Of a DNA stretch of 64,000 bases, positions 27,428 through 35,700 are shown in pieces. A model generated the notes under the pieces. The model had not been told where the DNA came from, searched no databases, and was given only the letters and a program-made list of their open reading frames with translations. The stretch lies in NCBI GenBank assembly GCA_963667785.2, contig CAXXMU010000006.1:768001-832000 (forward strand), in the 5' to 3' direction. Each line of letters opens with the position of its first letter. The stretch's first letter is position 1. A program made the translations under genes and the position numbers. This stretch comes from Alphaproteobacteria bacterium. Its GTDB lineage: Bacteria; Pseudomonadota; Alphaproteobacteria; UBA828.

Positions 27428-28324
27428 GTCGTAGCGCGGCTGCCAGCCCCACTCGTCGCGGGCGGCGCTGTCGTCCATCGAATCCGGCCACGAGTCCGCG
27501 ATCGCCTGACGCAGCGGATCGACCTCGTAGTCGATCTCGAAGCCGGGCACGTGGCGGCGGATCTCGGCGGCAAGCTCGTCCGGCGTGAAGCTCATGGCCG
27601 TCACGTTGAAGGCGTTGCGGTGGCGGAGCCGCGCCGGATCGGCCGCCATCAGGTCGAGGATCGCGGCGACGGCATCCGGCATGTACATCATGTCGAGCCG
27701 CGAATCCGGGCGCAGGAAGCAGGTGTAGCGGCCCGCCTTCAGCGCCTCGTAGAAGATGTGGACCGCGTAGTCGGTGGTGCCGCCGCCGGGCAGCGCCACG
27801 TGCGAGATCAGGCCCGGCAGCCTGAGCCCCCGGGTGTCGAGCCCGAAGCGCGCGTGGTAGTAGTCGCCGAGCAGCTCGCCCGCGACCTTGGAGACACCGT
27901 AGATGGTGTTCGGCCGCTGGATCGTGTCCTGCGGCGTGTGCTGGAGCGGCGTGCCCGGCCCGAAGGCGCCGATGGAGCTCGGGAAGAACACCGCGCAGCC
28001 GTGGCGCCGCGCCACCTCCAGCGCGTTGGCGTAGCCGCCGAGATTGAGCGCCCAGGCGGCCTCCGGCTTCTCCTCGCCGAGCACCGAGAGAAACGCCGGC
28101 ATGTGGTAGATGGTACCGATCCCGTACCTGGCGACGACAGCCTCGATATCGCCTTCTTTGGTGCAGTCGACGATCTCGAAGGGGCCGCCGTCCATGACCG
28201 CCGGCACATCCCGCTGCCGCCAGCCGGAGGCGATGACGTTGTCGGCGCCGTGGCGCTCACGCAGCGCCGGCACCAGCTCGGCGCCGATCTGGCCGAGCGC
28301 GCCGGTGACGAGGATCTTGGCCAT
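27368..28324 (-). CDS. L-threonine 3-dehydrogenase (NAD-dependent epimerase-type SDR)
   Basis: ILVTGALGQIG, PSSIGAFGP, YGVSK, PGGGTTDYAV, MMYMPD, RQAIADSWP. Confidence 0.88.
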   Translation of the reverse strand: MAKILVTGALGQIGAELVPALRERHGADNVIASGWRQRDVPAVMDGGPFEIVDCTKEGDIEAVVARYGIGTIYHMPAFLSVLGEEKPEAAWALNLGGYANALEVARRHGCAVFFPSSIGAFGPGTPLQHTPQDTIQRPNTIYGVSKVAGELLGDYYHARFGLDTRGLRLPGLISHVALPGGGTTDYAVHIFYEALKAGRYTCFLRPDSRLDMMYMPDAVAAILDLMAADPARLRHRNAFNVTAMSFTPDELAAEIRRHVPGFEIDYEVDPLRQAIADSWPDSMDDSAARDEWGWQPRYDLAAMTAEMIGTLRREQHLS

Positions 28325-28334
28325 GGCCCGAGGT

Positions 28335-28370
28335 TAGCCCGGATGTCTCGCCGGGGTCACGGACCGCGCG
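28335..28370 (-). mobile_element. Degenerate solo end of the CCCGCATTTCTCAC MITE family
   Basis: TAGCCCGGATGTCTCGCCGGGGTCACGGACCGCGCG aligns without gaps to 26435-26470 at 28 of 36 positions (counted by eye). Confidence 0.55.
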
Positions 28371-28386
28371 AAAGCGGGCGCGGAAC

Positions 28387-29385
28387 TCAGTAGAAGCGGT
28401 CGAAGAAGATGCGGCCGGGGGCGACCTTGCCGCTCCGCATGACGGGCCTGAGCACGGCGTCGATCAGCCCCGGCGGCCCGGCCATGTAGAAATCGCACTC
28501 GGCGACCTCCTCCAGCGCCGCGAGCGCCACGTCGCCGACCAGCCCGGTGGCGGCGCCGGGCGCGCCGTCGCGGACCGCGAGCGTGAGCGAGAGCCGGTCG
28601 TGCGCTGCCGCGAGCGCCTCCATCTCGTCCGCCATGAAGAGCTCGTCGGCGCCGTTCACGCCGAAGAAGAGCCGGATGGCCGGCGCGTCGGGCCGCGCCA
28701 GCGCCCCGCGCACGACCGAGAGGATGGGCGCGAGCCCGGAGCCGCCGGCGAGGCACACCATCTCGCGCTCGGGCGGCGTGCGCAGATAGGCCCGGCCATA
28801 GGGCCCCTCCAGGCTCAGCCCGTCGCCCGGGGCGAGCGCGTCGAACAGGTAGCGCGAGGCGTGGCCGCCCGGCTTCTCCTTGACGATGAAGTCCAGCGTC
28901 CCGGCGTCCGTGTTCGCCATCGAGTAGGCGCGCCGCTGGCCGCCCGGCACCTGGAGCAGCACGAACTGGCCGGGCAGGAAGGGCACCGGCCGCTCGGGCC
29001 GGCAGCGGATGAAGATGACGCCCGGCACCAGCCGCTCCAGCGCCTCGACGCCGGCGGCGAAGGGTGCCGGCACGGGCTCATCCCGCGCCCCCTCCACGTG
29101 GGCCGGGCGCACCTGGACCGTGCAGTCGCTCACCGGCCGCGCCTGGCAGCAGAGGATACGGTCGCCCTTGCGCCGGTCGCGCTCGTTGAGCCCCGTCGCC
29201 TCGGGCCAGAGCGGGTCCACCGCGCCGTTCAGGAGCGTGCCCTTGCAGGAGCTGCAGCTCCCGCTCGCGCACTCGTAGGGCATGGCGATGCCGGCGGCCA
29301 GCCCTGCGCGCAGGATGGTCTCGCCGGGGCCGCAGACGAAGCTCTCGCCCGACGGCTCGATCGTGATGGTGGCGGCCCCGGTCAC
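28387..29385 (-). CDS. [2Fe-2S]-FAD-NAD(P) oxidoreductase (oxygenase reductase component-like)
   Basis: CASGSCSSC..CCQ ferredoxin domain, RAYSMAN, GPYG, AGGSGLAP, YMAGPP; GTG start. Confidence 0.88.
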   Translation of the reverse strand: MTGAATITIEPSGESFVCGPGETILRAGLAAGIAMPYECASGSCSSCKGTLLNGAVDPLWPEATGLNERDRRKGDRILCCQARPVSDCTVQVRPAHVEGARDEPVPAPFAAGVEALERLVPGVIFIRCRPERPVPFLPGQFVLLQVPGGQRRAYSMANTDAGTLDFIVKEKPGGHASRYLFDALAPGDGLSLEGPYGRAYLRTPPEREMVCLAGGSGLAPILSVVRGALARPDAPAIRLFFGVNGADELFMADEMEALAAAHDRLSLTLAVRDGAPGAATGLVGDVALAALEEVAECDFYMAGPPGLIDAVLRPVMRSGKVAPGRIFFDRFY

Positions 29386-29389
29386 GGCG

Positions 29390-30286
29390 CTACGGCGCCC
29401 GCGCCGGCAAATGCGCCCGGTACCAGTCCAGCGTCGCCGCCATGACCTCGCCGAAGGCAGGCTCGGCATAGACGTCGTAATGGCCGTAGCCCTTGAGCAC
29501 GACGAGCTTCTTCGGCTCGCCGGCATGGGCGTAGAGAGACCGCGATTCCTCCGGCGGCACCAGGCGGTCGTCCACGGTGGTGACGAGGAGCAGGGGACGC
29601 GGGGCGATCCTGCCCACCACCCAGTCCGCGTGGAAGGAGAGGGTCTCGTCGATGAAGGAGAGCGGCACCGTCGAGATCGCGTCGGGGTTCGCGGCCCGCG
29701 CCGCCGCCGAGAGCGCCGCCGAGGCCCGGTCCTGCAGCAGGATCTCGTCGCGCTCGGCGAGCGCGGACTCGCCGCCCGCCACCGCCCGCTCCCGATCCTC
29801 GCGGGCGCGCTCCAGCAGGTCGTGCCATTCGTCCGGCCGGCGCACGCTCCGCATCCAGCGCCGCCCGTCGCCGACGCCCACGACGCTGACCACGCAGCGC
29901 ACCCTCGTATCGAGCGCCGCCGCCCAGATCGCCGTCGCCCCGCCGTAGCTCGTGCCGTAGAGGCCGAGGCGGGCGCGATCGACCCCCGGCCGGGTCTCGA
30001 GGAAGGTGAGCGCCGCCCGCGTATCGGCGACACGGCCGAAGGGCGCGAGGCGCGCCGGGGGGCCCTCGCTCTGCCCCCAGCCCTTGTAGTCGAAGGCTAG
30101 CACCACGTAGCCGGCGTCGGTCAGCACCCGGGCGTTGTCCGGCAGATAGAGGCTCTTCACTCCGGTATAGCCGTGGCAGAGCAGGATGCCGGCCCGCGCC
30201 TCGCCCGCGCCCGCGTCGTCGGGCCGGTAGAGGTCGCCCGCGAGGCGGGTGCCCTCGCTGTAGAAGCTCACGCTCTCGCACTGCAT
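29390..30286 (-). CDS. Alpha/beta hydrolase
   Basis: CHGYTG, FDYKGWGQSEG, GTSYGG nucleophile elbow, DDRLVP, GHYDVY. Confidence 0.88.
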   Translation of the reverse strand: MQCESVSFYSEGTRLAGDLYRPDDAGAGEARAGILLCHGYTGVKSLYLPDNARVLTDAGYVVLAFDYKGWGQSEGPPARLAPFGRVADTRAALTFLETRPGVDRARLGLYGTSYGGATAIWAAALDTRVRCVVSVVGVGDGRRWMRSVRRPDEWHDLLERAREDRERAVAGGESALAERDEILLQDRASAALSAAARAANPDAISTVPLSFIDETLSFHADWVVGRIAPRPLLLVTTVDDRLVPPEESRSLYAHAGEPKKLVVLKGYGHYDVYAEPAFGEVMAATLDWYRAHLPARAP

Positions 30287-30354
30287 CGCGCCCGCCTGAT
30301 CTCACGGCACCGCGCGGTTGTCCACGAAAACCTGTGGATACAGTTTCATGTCCC

Positions 30355-30993
30355 TCATGCTGCCGGGGAAAAGTCCCCGGTAGCCGGGTCCATGGTCCAG
30401 AGCACGCCGTCCGCGATGTCGAACCAGGCGCCGTGCAGGAAGAGCCGGCCGCTCTCCACCAGGGTCGAGACGTACCGGAAGGTCCGCAGGTTCGCGACCG
30501 AGTGGCGGACCGACGCGCGTTCGAGCGCGGTCTGCCGGTCGCCGCCGGGAGAGCCGCCGGCCTGTTCGACCTCGTCGATGGCGGGCCCGAGCAGCGTCAT
30601 CCATTTGCCGACGAAATCGTCGGGCGAGAGCGGCTCCGCCGGTGGCTCCAGGGCCGCCCGGATGCCGCCGCAGCGGCCGTGGCCGAGCACCACGATGTGC
30701 TCGACCCCGAGACCCTGCACGGCGAACTCGAGCGCGGCCCAGATGCCGTGAAAACCTCCCTCCGGCTCGTAGGGCGGCACCAGGTTGGCGACATTGCGGA
30801 CCACGAAGAGCTCCCCCGGCGGGGCGCTGAAGATGGTCTCCGGCGCCACCCGGGAATCGCTGCAGCCGATGACCATGACCCGAGGCCGCTGCCCACGCGC
30901 GGCGAGTGCGCGGTAGCGCTCGCGCTCGCGGGCGTAGCGGCCGTCCCTGAACGAGCGGTAGCCGTCGAGGAGCGAGACGGGGAAATCGGTCAT
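30355..30993 (-). CDS. Beta-class carbonic anhydrase
   Basis: GCSDSRV, RNVANLVPP, LGHGRCGG zinc ligands. Confidence 0.93.
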   Translation of the reverse strand: MTDFPVSLLDGYRSFRDGRYARERERYRALAARGQRPRVMVIGCSDSRVAPETIFSAPPGELFVVRNVANLVPPYEPEGGFHGIWAALEFAVQGLGVEHIVVLGHGRCGGIRAALEPPAEPLSPDDFVGKWMTLLGPAIDEVEQAGGSPGGDRQTALERASVRHSVANLRTFRYVSTLVESGRLFLHGAWFDIADGVLWTMDPATGDFSPAA

Positions 30994-31131
30994 CGGTCTC
31001 CAGCCATGCCTGCCGGCGCGCCGTCTGCAGCCCAGGGGCGCGCGTCGCCACAGGGCATATAAGCGATCTCGGCCGGGAGTTCGAGCCGTGCCGCCGTGCT
31101 ACAATGAGCGACTCGTCCGGCGCCCCGGTCC

Positions 31132-33435
31132 ATGAACGATTCCGTCGATCCCCCGCTCAGCCCGCTTGCCGAGCTCGAGAGCCCGCCCCCGCCGGTGCCG
31201 CCGGCAGAAGCGCACGCCTATCTCGACGGCCTGAACCCGGAGCAGCGCCAGGCGGTGGAGGCCCTCGACGGCCCGCTGCTGGTGCTCGCCGGCGCCGGCA
31301 CCGGCAAGACCCGCGTGCTCACCACGCGCCTCGCCCACATCCTCGCCACCGGCCGCGCCCGGCCGGGGCAGGTGCTGGCGGTGACCTTCACCAACAAGGC
31401 GGCGCGCGAGATGATCGGGCGGGTGGAGCGGCTGATCGGGCGCTCCGCCGCCGGCCTCTGGCTCGGCACCTTCCACGCCGTCGCCGCCCGCATCCTGCGC
31501 CGCCATGCCGAGCTCGCGGGCCTCAAGCCGGACTTCACCATCCTCGATACCGACGACCAGGTGCGCCTGCTGAAGCAGCTCGTGCGGGCGGCCGACATCG
31601 ACGAGAAGCGCTGGCCGGCACGCACGCTCTCCATCATCATCCAGCGCTGGAAGGATCGCGGCCTGGCCGCGGACAAGGTGGCGGGCGCCGACGGCGCGGA
31701 CTTCGCGAACGGCCGCGCGCCCGCCCTCTATGCGGCCTATCAGGCGCGGCTCGGCGCCGTGAACGCCGTCGACTTCGGCGACCTGCTGCTGCACAACCTG
31801 ACCCTCTTCACCCGCCATCAGGACGTGCTGGCCGACTACCAGCGGCGCTTCCGCTACCTGCTGGTGGACGAGTATCAGGATACCAACGTCGCGCAGTATC
31901 TCTGGCTCAGGCTGCTGGCCCAGGCCCATCACGGCATCTGCTGCGTCGGCGACGACGACCAGTCGATCTACGGCTGGCGCGGCGCCGAGGTCGGCAACAT
32001 CCTCCGCTTCGAGCAGGACTTTCCCGGCGCCCAGGTGGTGCGGCTGGAGCGCAACTACCGCTCCACCGGGCACATCCTCGCCGCCGCCTCCGGCCTCATC
32101 GCCCGCAACGAGGGGCGGCTCGGCAAGACGCTCTGGACCGAGGGCGAAGCGGGCGAGAAGGTCCGCATCACCGAGTGCTGGGACGGCGAGGAGGAAGCCC
32201 GCGCCGTGGGCGAGGCGATCGAGGCGCTGCAGCGCGCAGGCGACGGGCTCGACGAGATCGCCATCCTCGTCCGCGCCGGCTTCCAGACCCGCGCCTTCGA
32301 GGAGCGCTTCCTCACCATCGCCCTGCCCTATCGCGTGATCGGCGGCCAGCGCTTCTACGAGCGCCTGGAGATCCGGGACGCCGTCGCCTACATCCGCATC
32401 GTCGTCCGCCCCGACGACGACCTCGCCTTCGAGCGGATCGTGAACCTGCCGAAGCGGGGTCTGGGCGAGGTCTCTCTCCGCCCCATCCACGAGCTCGCGC
32501 GGAGCGGCGGGCTCTCGCTCTACCGGGCGGCGGAGCGGCTGATCGAGACAGACGAGCTCAGGCCCAGCGCCCGCACCGCGCTCGGCCGGCTGATCGAGCG
32601 GCTCCGTGCCTGGCGCGCCGCGCTGAACCAGACGCCGCATCCCGAGGTGGTGGCGACGATGCTGGACGACTCCGGCTACACCGGCATGTGGCAGAAGGAC
32701 CGCTCGCCGCAGGCGCCGGGCCGGCTCGAGAACCTGCGGGAGCTGGTGGGCGCGCTCGCCGAGTTCGAGGACCTGCCGTCCTTCCTCGACCATGTGAGCC
32801 TGGTCATGGACCGCGAGGGCGACGGGACCGAGGAAATGGTCAACATCATGACGCTGCACGGCGCCAAGGGGCTGGAGTTCGACAGCGTGTTCCTGCCGGG
32901 GTGGGAGGAAGGGCTCTTCCCCCACCAGCTTGCGCTCGACGAGGCCGGCCACGCCGGGCTGGAGGAGGAGCGCCGCCTCGCCTACGTCGGCCTCACCCGC
33001 GCCAGGCGCCGCGCGCACGTGCTCTTCGCCGCCAACCGCTTCCGCCACAACCAGTGGGTGAGCGCCATTCCCTCGCGCTTCGTGGACGAGCTCGCGCCGG
33101 AGAGCGTGACGCTCGCGGACGAGACCGGAATGCGTCCGCCGGCGCCGGGCGGGCTCTATCTCGGCCGCGGCGGTCATGGCGGCGCACGGCGCCTTCGCTC
33201 CGAGCATGCCGGCTATCGCGGGCGGGGAGAGCCCGTCACCATCGAGGCGACGGCGGTGCCGGCAGGCGACGGGGCCGGCGCGGAGGGCTATGCGGCCGGC
33301 GAGCGCATCTTCCACCAGAAGTTCGGCTACGGGCGGATCACCTCGGTGGAGGGCGACAAGCTCGAGATCGCCTTCGAGAAGGCCGGCACCAAGAAGATCA
33401 TCGACCGCTTCGTTCAGCCCGCCGAGAGCGTGTGA
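31132..33435 (+). CDS. uvrD: UvrD/PcrA-family DNA helicase
   Basis: AGAGTGKT, TFTNKAA, VDEYQD, VGDDDQSIYGWRGA, NYRST, TLHGAKGLEF, EERRLAYVGLTRA, C-terminal Tudor-like domain. Confidence 0.95.
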   Translation: MNDSVDPPLSPLAELESPPPPVPPAEAHAYLDGLNPEQRQAVEALDGPLLVLAGAGTGKTRVLTTRLAHILATGRARPGQVLAVTFTNKAAREMIGRVERLIGRSAAGLWLGTFHAVAARILRRHAELAGLKPDFTILDTDDQVRLLKQLVRAADIDEKRWPARTLSIIIQRWKDRGLAADKVAGADGADFANGRAPALYAAYQARLGAVNAVDFGDLLLHNLTLFTRHQDVLADYQRRFRYLLVDEYQDTNVAQYLWLRLLAQAHHGICCVGDDDQSIYGWRGAEVGNILRFEQDFPGAQVVRLERNYRSTGHILAAASGLIARNEGRLGKTLWTEGEAGEKVRITECWDGEEEARAVGEAIEALQRAGDGLDEIAILVRAGFQTRAFEERFLTIALPYRVIGGQRFYERLEIRDAVAYIRIVVRPDDDLAFERIVNLPKRGLGEVSLRPIHELARSGGLSLYRAAERLIETDELRPSARTALGRLIERLRAWRAALNQTPHPEVVATMLDDSGYTGMWQKDRSPQAPGRLENLRELVGALAEFEDLPSFLDHVSLVMDREGDGTEEMVNIMTLHGAKGLEFDSVFLPGWEEGLFPHQLALDEAGHAGLEEERRLAYVGLTRARRRAHVLFAANRFRHNQWVSAIPSRFVDELAPESVTLADETGMRPPAPGGLYLGRGGHGGARRLRSEHAGYRGRGEPVTIEATAVPAGDGAGAEGYAAGERIFHQKFGYGRITSVEGDKLEIAFEKAGTKKIIDRFVQPAESV

Positions 33436-33442
33436 TCCTCAC

Positions 33443-34906
33443 TCACCCGCGCAAACGCTCGATGGTGCCGGTGGTGCTGTAGCCGGGCTCGTTCTCGGCG
33501 ATCAGCACGCTGCCACCGTAGCCCTGCACGATGTCGGCGCCCACCACTTCCGCCACCGTGTAGTCGGAGCCCTTGACCAGGCAGTCCGGCCGCAGCGCCT
33601 CGATCAGGCGGACCGGCGTGTCGTCCGCGAAGATCACGACCAGATCGACCGTCTCCAGCGAGGCCAGCACCTGCGCCCGCGCCGCCTCGCCCTGGACCGG
33701 GCGCCCCTCGCCCTTCAGCCGGCGCACCGAGGCGTCGCTGTTGAGGCCGACGACGAGCCGGTCCGCCGCCTGCCGCGCCTGGCGCAGCAGCGAGATGTGG
33801 CCCGGATGCAGCAGGTCGAAGCAGCCGTTGGTGAAGCCGACGCGCTGCCCTTCCGCCCGCCAGCCGGCGACGGTCTCGAGCGCGGTTGCGAGCGGCATGA
33901 TCTTCGCCTCGGAGGCGGAGAGATCGCCGGCGCGCACCGCGTGCAGCAGGTCGGCGGCGCCGACGGCGGCCGTGCCCGCCTTGGCGACCGCAACGCCGGC
34001 GGCCGCGTTCGCGAGCTCGGCGCATGCCCTGAGCTCGATGCCCTGGCCGAGGGCGGCGGCCAGCGTCGCCACCACGGTGTCGCCCGCGCCGGAGACGTCG
34101 AACACCTCCCGCGCCTCGGCTGCGAGGTGGGCGACCGGGCCGTCTGCGGAGACCAGCGTCATGCCGTCGCGGCTGCGCGTCACCAGGATCGCGCCGAGGC
34201 GATGGCGGGCGATGAGGCGCGCGCAGGCGGCGACGATGGCCTCGTCGCTCTCGAGGCTCTCGCCGGCCGCCTGGGCGAGCTCGGCGCGGTTCGGCGTGAG
34301 CACGGCGGCACCGGCGTAGCGCGCGTAGTCGCGGCCCTTGGGATCGACCACCACGGGCCTGCCGGCGCGGTGCGCGGCGTCGATCAGGCGTTGCGCGAGG
34401 TCGGCGGTCAGCACCCCCTTGGCGTAGTCGGAGAGCGCCACCACGTCGCAGGCCGCGAACGCATCGCCGGCAAGGCCGATCAGGCTCTCGGCCGAGCGCG
34501 GCCGGATCGCCTCGGTGGTCTCCGAATCGGCCCGCAGGAGCTGCTGGGAGCCCGCGACGAAACGGGTCTTCTCGGTGGAGATGCGCCCGCGCTCCACCAG
34601 CAGGTGCGGCTCGACCCTCTCCTCGCGCCCGACCATGCCCGTGAGCCGGCGCCCCACCTCGTCGTCGCCGATCACCGAGAGCAGCGTCGCATGGGCGCCG
34701 AGGGAGACAAGATTGCGCACCACGTTGCCGGCGCCGCCCAGCATGTAGACGTCGCGGTCGGTGCGCAGGATCGGCACCGGCGCCTCGGGCGAGGTGCGCT
34801 CGACCCGCCCGTAGACGAAGCGGTCCAGCATCACGTCGCCGACGCAGGCGACGCGGCTCATGCCGAGCGTCTCGATATGGCTGGCAAGCGCGGACGGGTC
34901 GGCCAT
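33443..34906 (-). CDS. hldE: Bifunctional heptose 7-phosphate kinase / heptose 1-phosphate adenylyltransferase
   Basis: GDVMLDRF..SPEAPVP, DVSGAGDT, FTNGCFDLLHPGH, GLNSDASV..KG. Confidence 0.93.
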   Translation of the reverse strand: MADPSALASHIETLGMSRVACVGDVMLDRFVYGRVERTSPEAPVPILRTDRDVYMLGGAGNVVRNLVSLGAHATLLSVIGDDEVGRRLTGMVGREERVEPHLLVERGRISTEKTRFVAGSQQLLRADSETTEAIRPRSAESLIGLAGDAFAACDVVALSDYAKGVLTADLAQRLIDAAHRAGRPVVVDPKGRDYARYAGAAVLTPNRAELAQAAGESLESDEAIVAACARLIARHRLGAILVTRSRDGMTLVSADGPVAHLAAEAREVFDVSGAGDTVVATLAAALGQGIELRACAELANAAAGVAVAKAGTAAVGAADLLHAVRAGDLSASEAKIMPLATALETVAGWRAEGQRVGFTNGCFDLLHPGHISLLRQARQAADRLVVGLNSDASVRRLKGEGRPVQGEAARAQVLASLETVDLVVIFADDTPVRLIEALRPDCLVKGSDYTVAEVVGADIVQGYGGSVLIAENEPGYSTTGTIERLRG

Positions 34907-35065
34907 GACGGCTCTGTTCCGGCGTCGTCGCGAAGGGCGGCCGCACGGTACAGGATTGCCGGCCCAAGACAAGCAGTCCGACTCTCGATCATATCCCTCA
35001 GGCGCCGGGCCTGGATCCCGGCCCTCCCGGTGCCCCATCCCTCGCCCGCGCTCGCCGCTACGCCG

Positions 35066-35096
35066 TTGCATGTGACTTCATAGGACATTACTATGA
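35066..35096 (+). promoter_or_regulatory. Sigma70-type promoter with an overlapping operator palindrome for the TA operon
   Basis: TTGCAT-N17-TACTAT overlapped by the inverted repeat TCATAG-N7-CTATGA. Confidence 0.6.
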
Positions 35097-35119
35097 TGTT
35101 ATTGACAGTGGAGGGGAGC

Positions 35120-35341
35120 ATGAGCCAGGTCACAGCGCGCCTGCCGGACGCTCTCGTCGCCGCGCTGGACGAGGCGGCCGCCAAGCTGCGGCGCAGCCGG
35201 GCCGACGTCATCCGTCAGGCGGTCGAACGCTACCTCGAGGATTTCGACGACCTCTCGGTCGCCGTCGAGCGCCTCCGCGATCCCAGCGATCGGGTGCTGG
35301 ACTGGGACCGGGTTCGGCATGCGCTACGCGATACGGATTAA
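35120..35341 (+). CDS. Ribbon-helix-helix (CopG/RelB-like) antitoxin
   Basis: 73 aa, QVTARLPD..LDEAA..RSRADVIRQAVERYLED; overlaps the toxin gene. Confidence 0.85.
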   Translation: MSQVTARLPDALVAALDEAAAKLRRSRADVIRQAVERYLEDFDDLSVAVERLRDPSDRVLDWDRVRHALRDTD

Positions 35342-35585
35342 GGCGAGCGCGGCACGGGAGTTGCAGCGCATCGAGAGAGCCAACCGGGAGCGCTTGGTCG
35401 CGGCCATCGACCGATTGGCCGAGAACCCGTTGGCGGGCAGTGCGCTGAAGGGAGAGCTGCGGGGTCTGCGGCGCGTCCGCGTCGGCGGCTACCGGGTGCT
35501 CTACGAAGTGCGGGAGCGCGATCTGGTCGTTCTCGTCCTGCGCGCCGCCCATCGCCACGACGCCTACCGCCTGCGATCACGGTGA
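35319..35585 (+). CDS. relE: RelE/ParE-family toxin
   Basis: 88 aa, YAIRIKASAARELQRI..LKGELRGLRRVRVGGYRVLY..HRHDAYR. Confidence 0.88.
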   Translation: MRYAIRIKASAARELQRIERANRERLVAAIDRLAENPLAGSALKGELRGLRRVRVGGYRVLYEVRERDLVVLVLRAAHRHDAYRLRSR

Positions 35586-35700
35586 TCGGCGCCCGTCAGC
35601 ACGCCGCATCCGACGACGCCCGTCAACCAGCACGGCCGCTTGCCCGGCCCGCAGGCGCGCGCCACTATCGGCCCGACCGACACCGACCGGGATCCGCCCC

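Noticed and set aside
28387-30033. 548-aa ORF suggesting an extended reductase
   Set aside because: The extension is an alternate frame of the hydrolase gene; the reductase starts at GTG 29385
31132-33435. UvrD helicase as a defence-system component
   Set aside because: Canonical housekeeping architecture with a C-terminal Tudor-like domain and no partner nuclease
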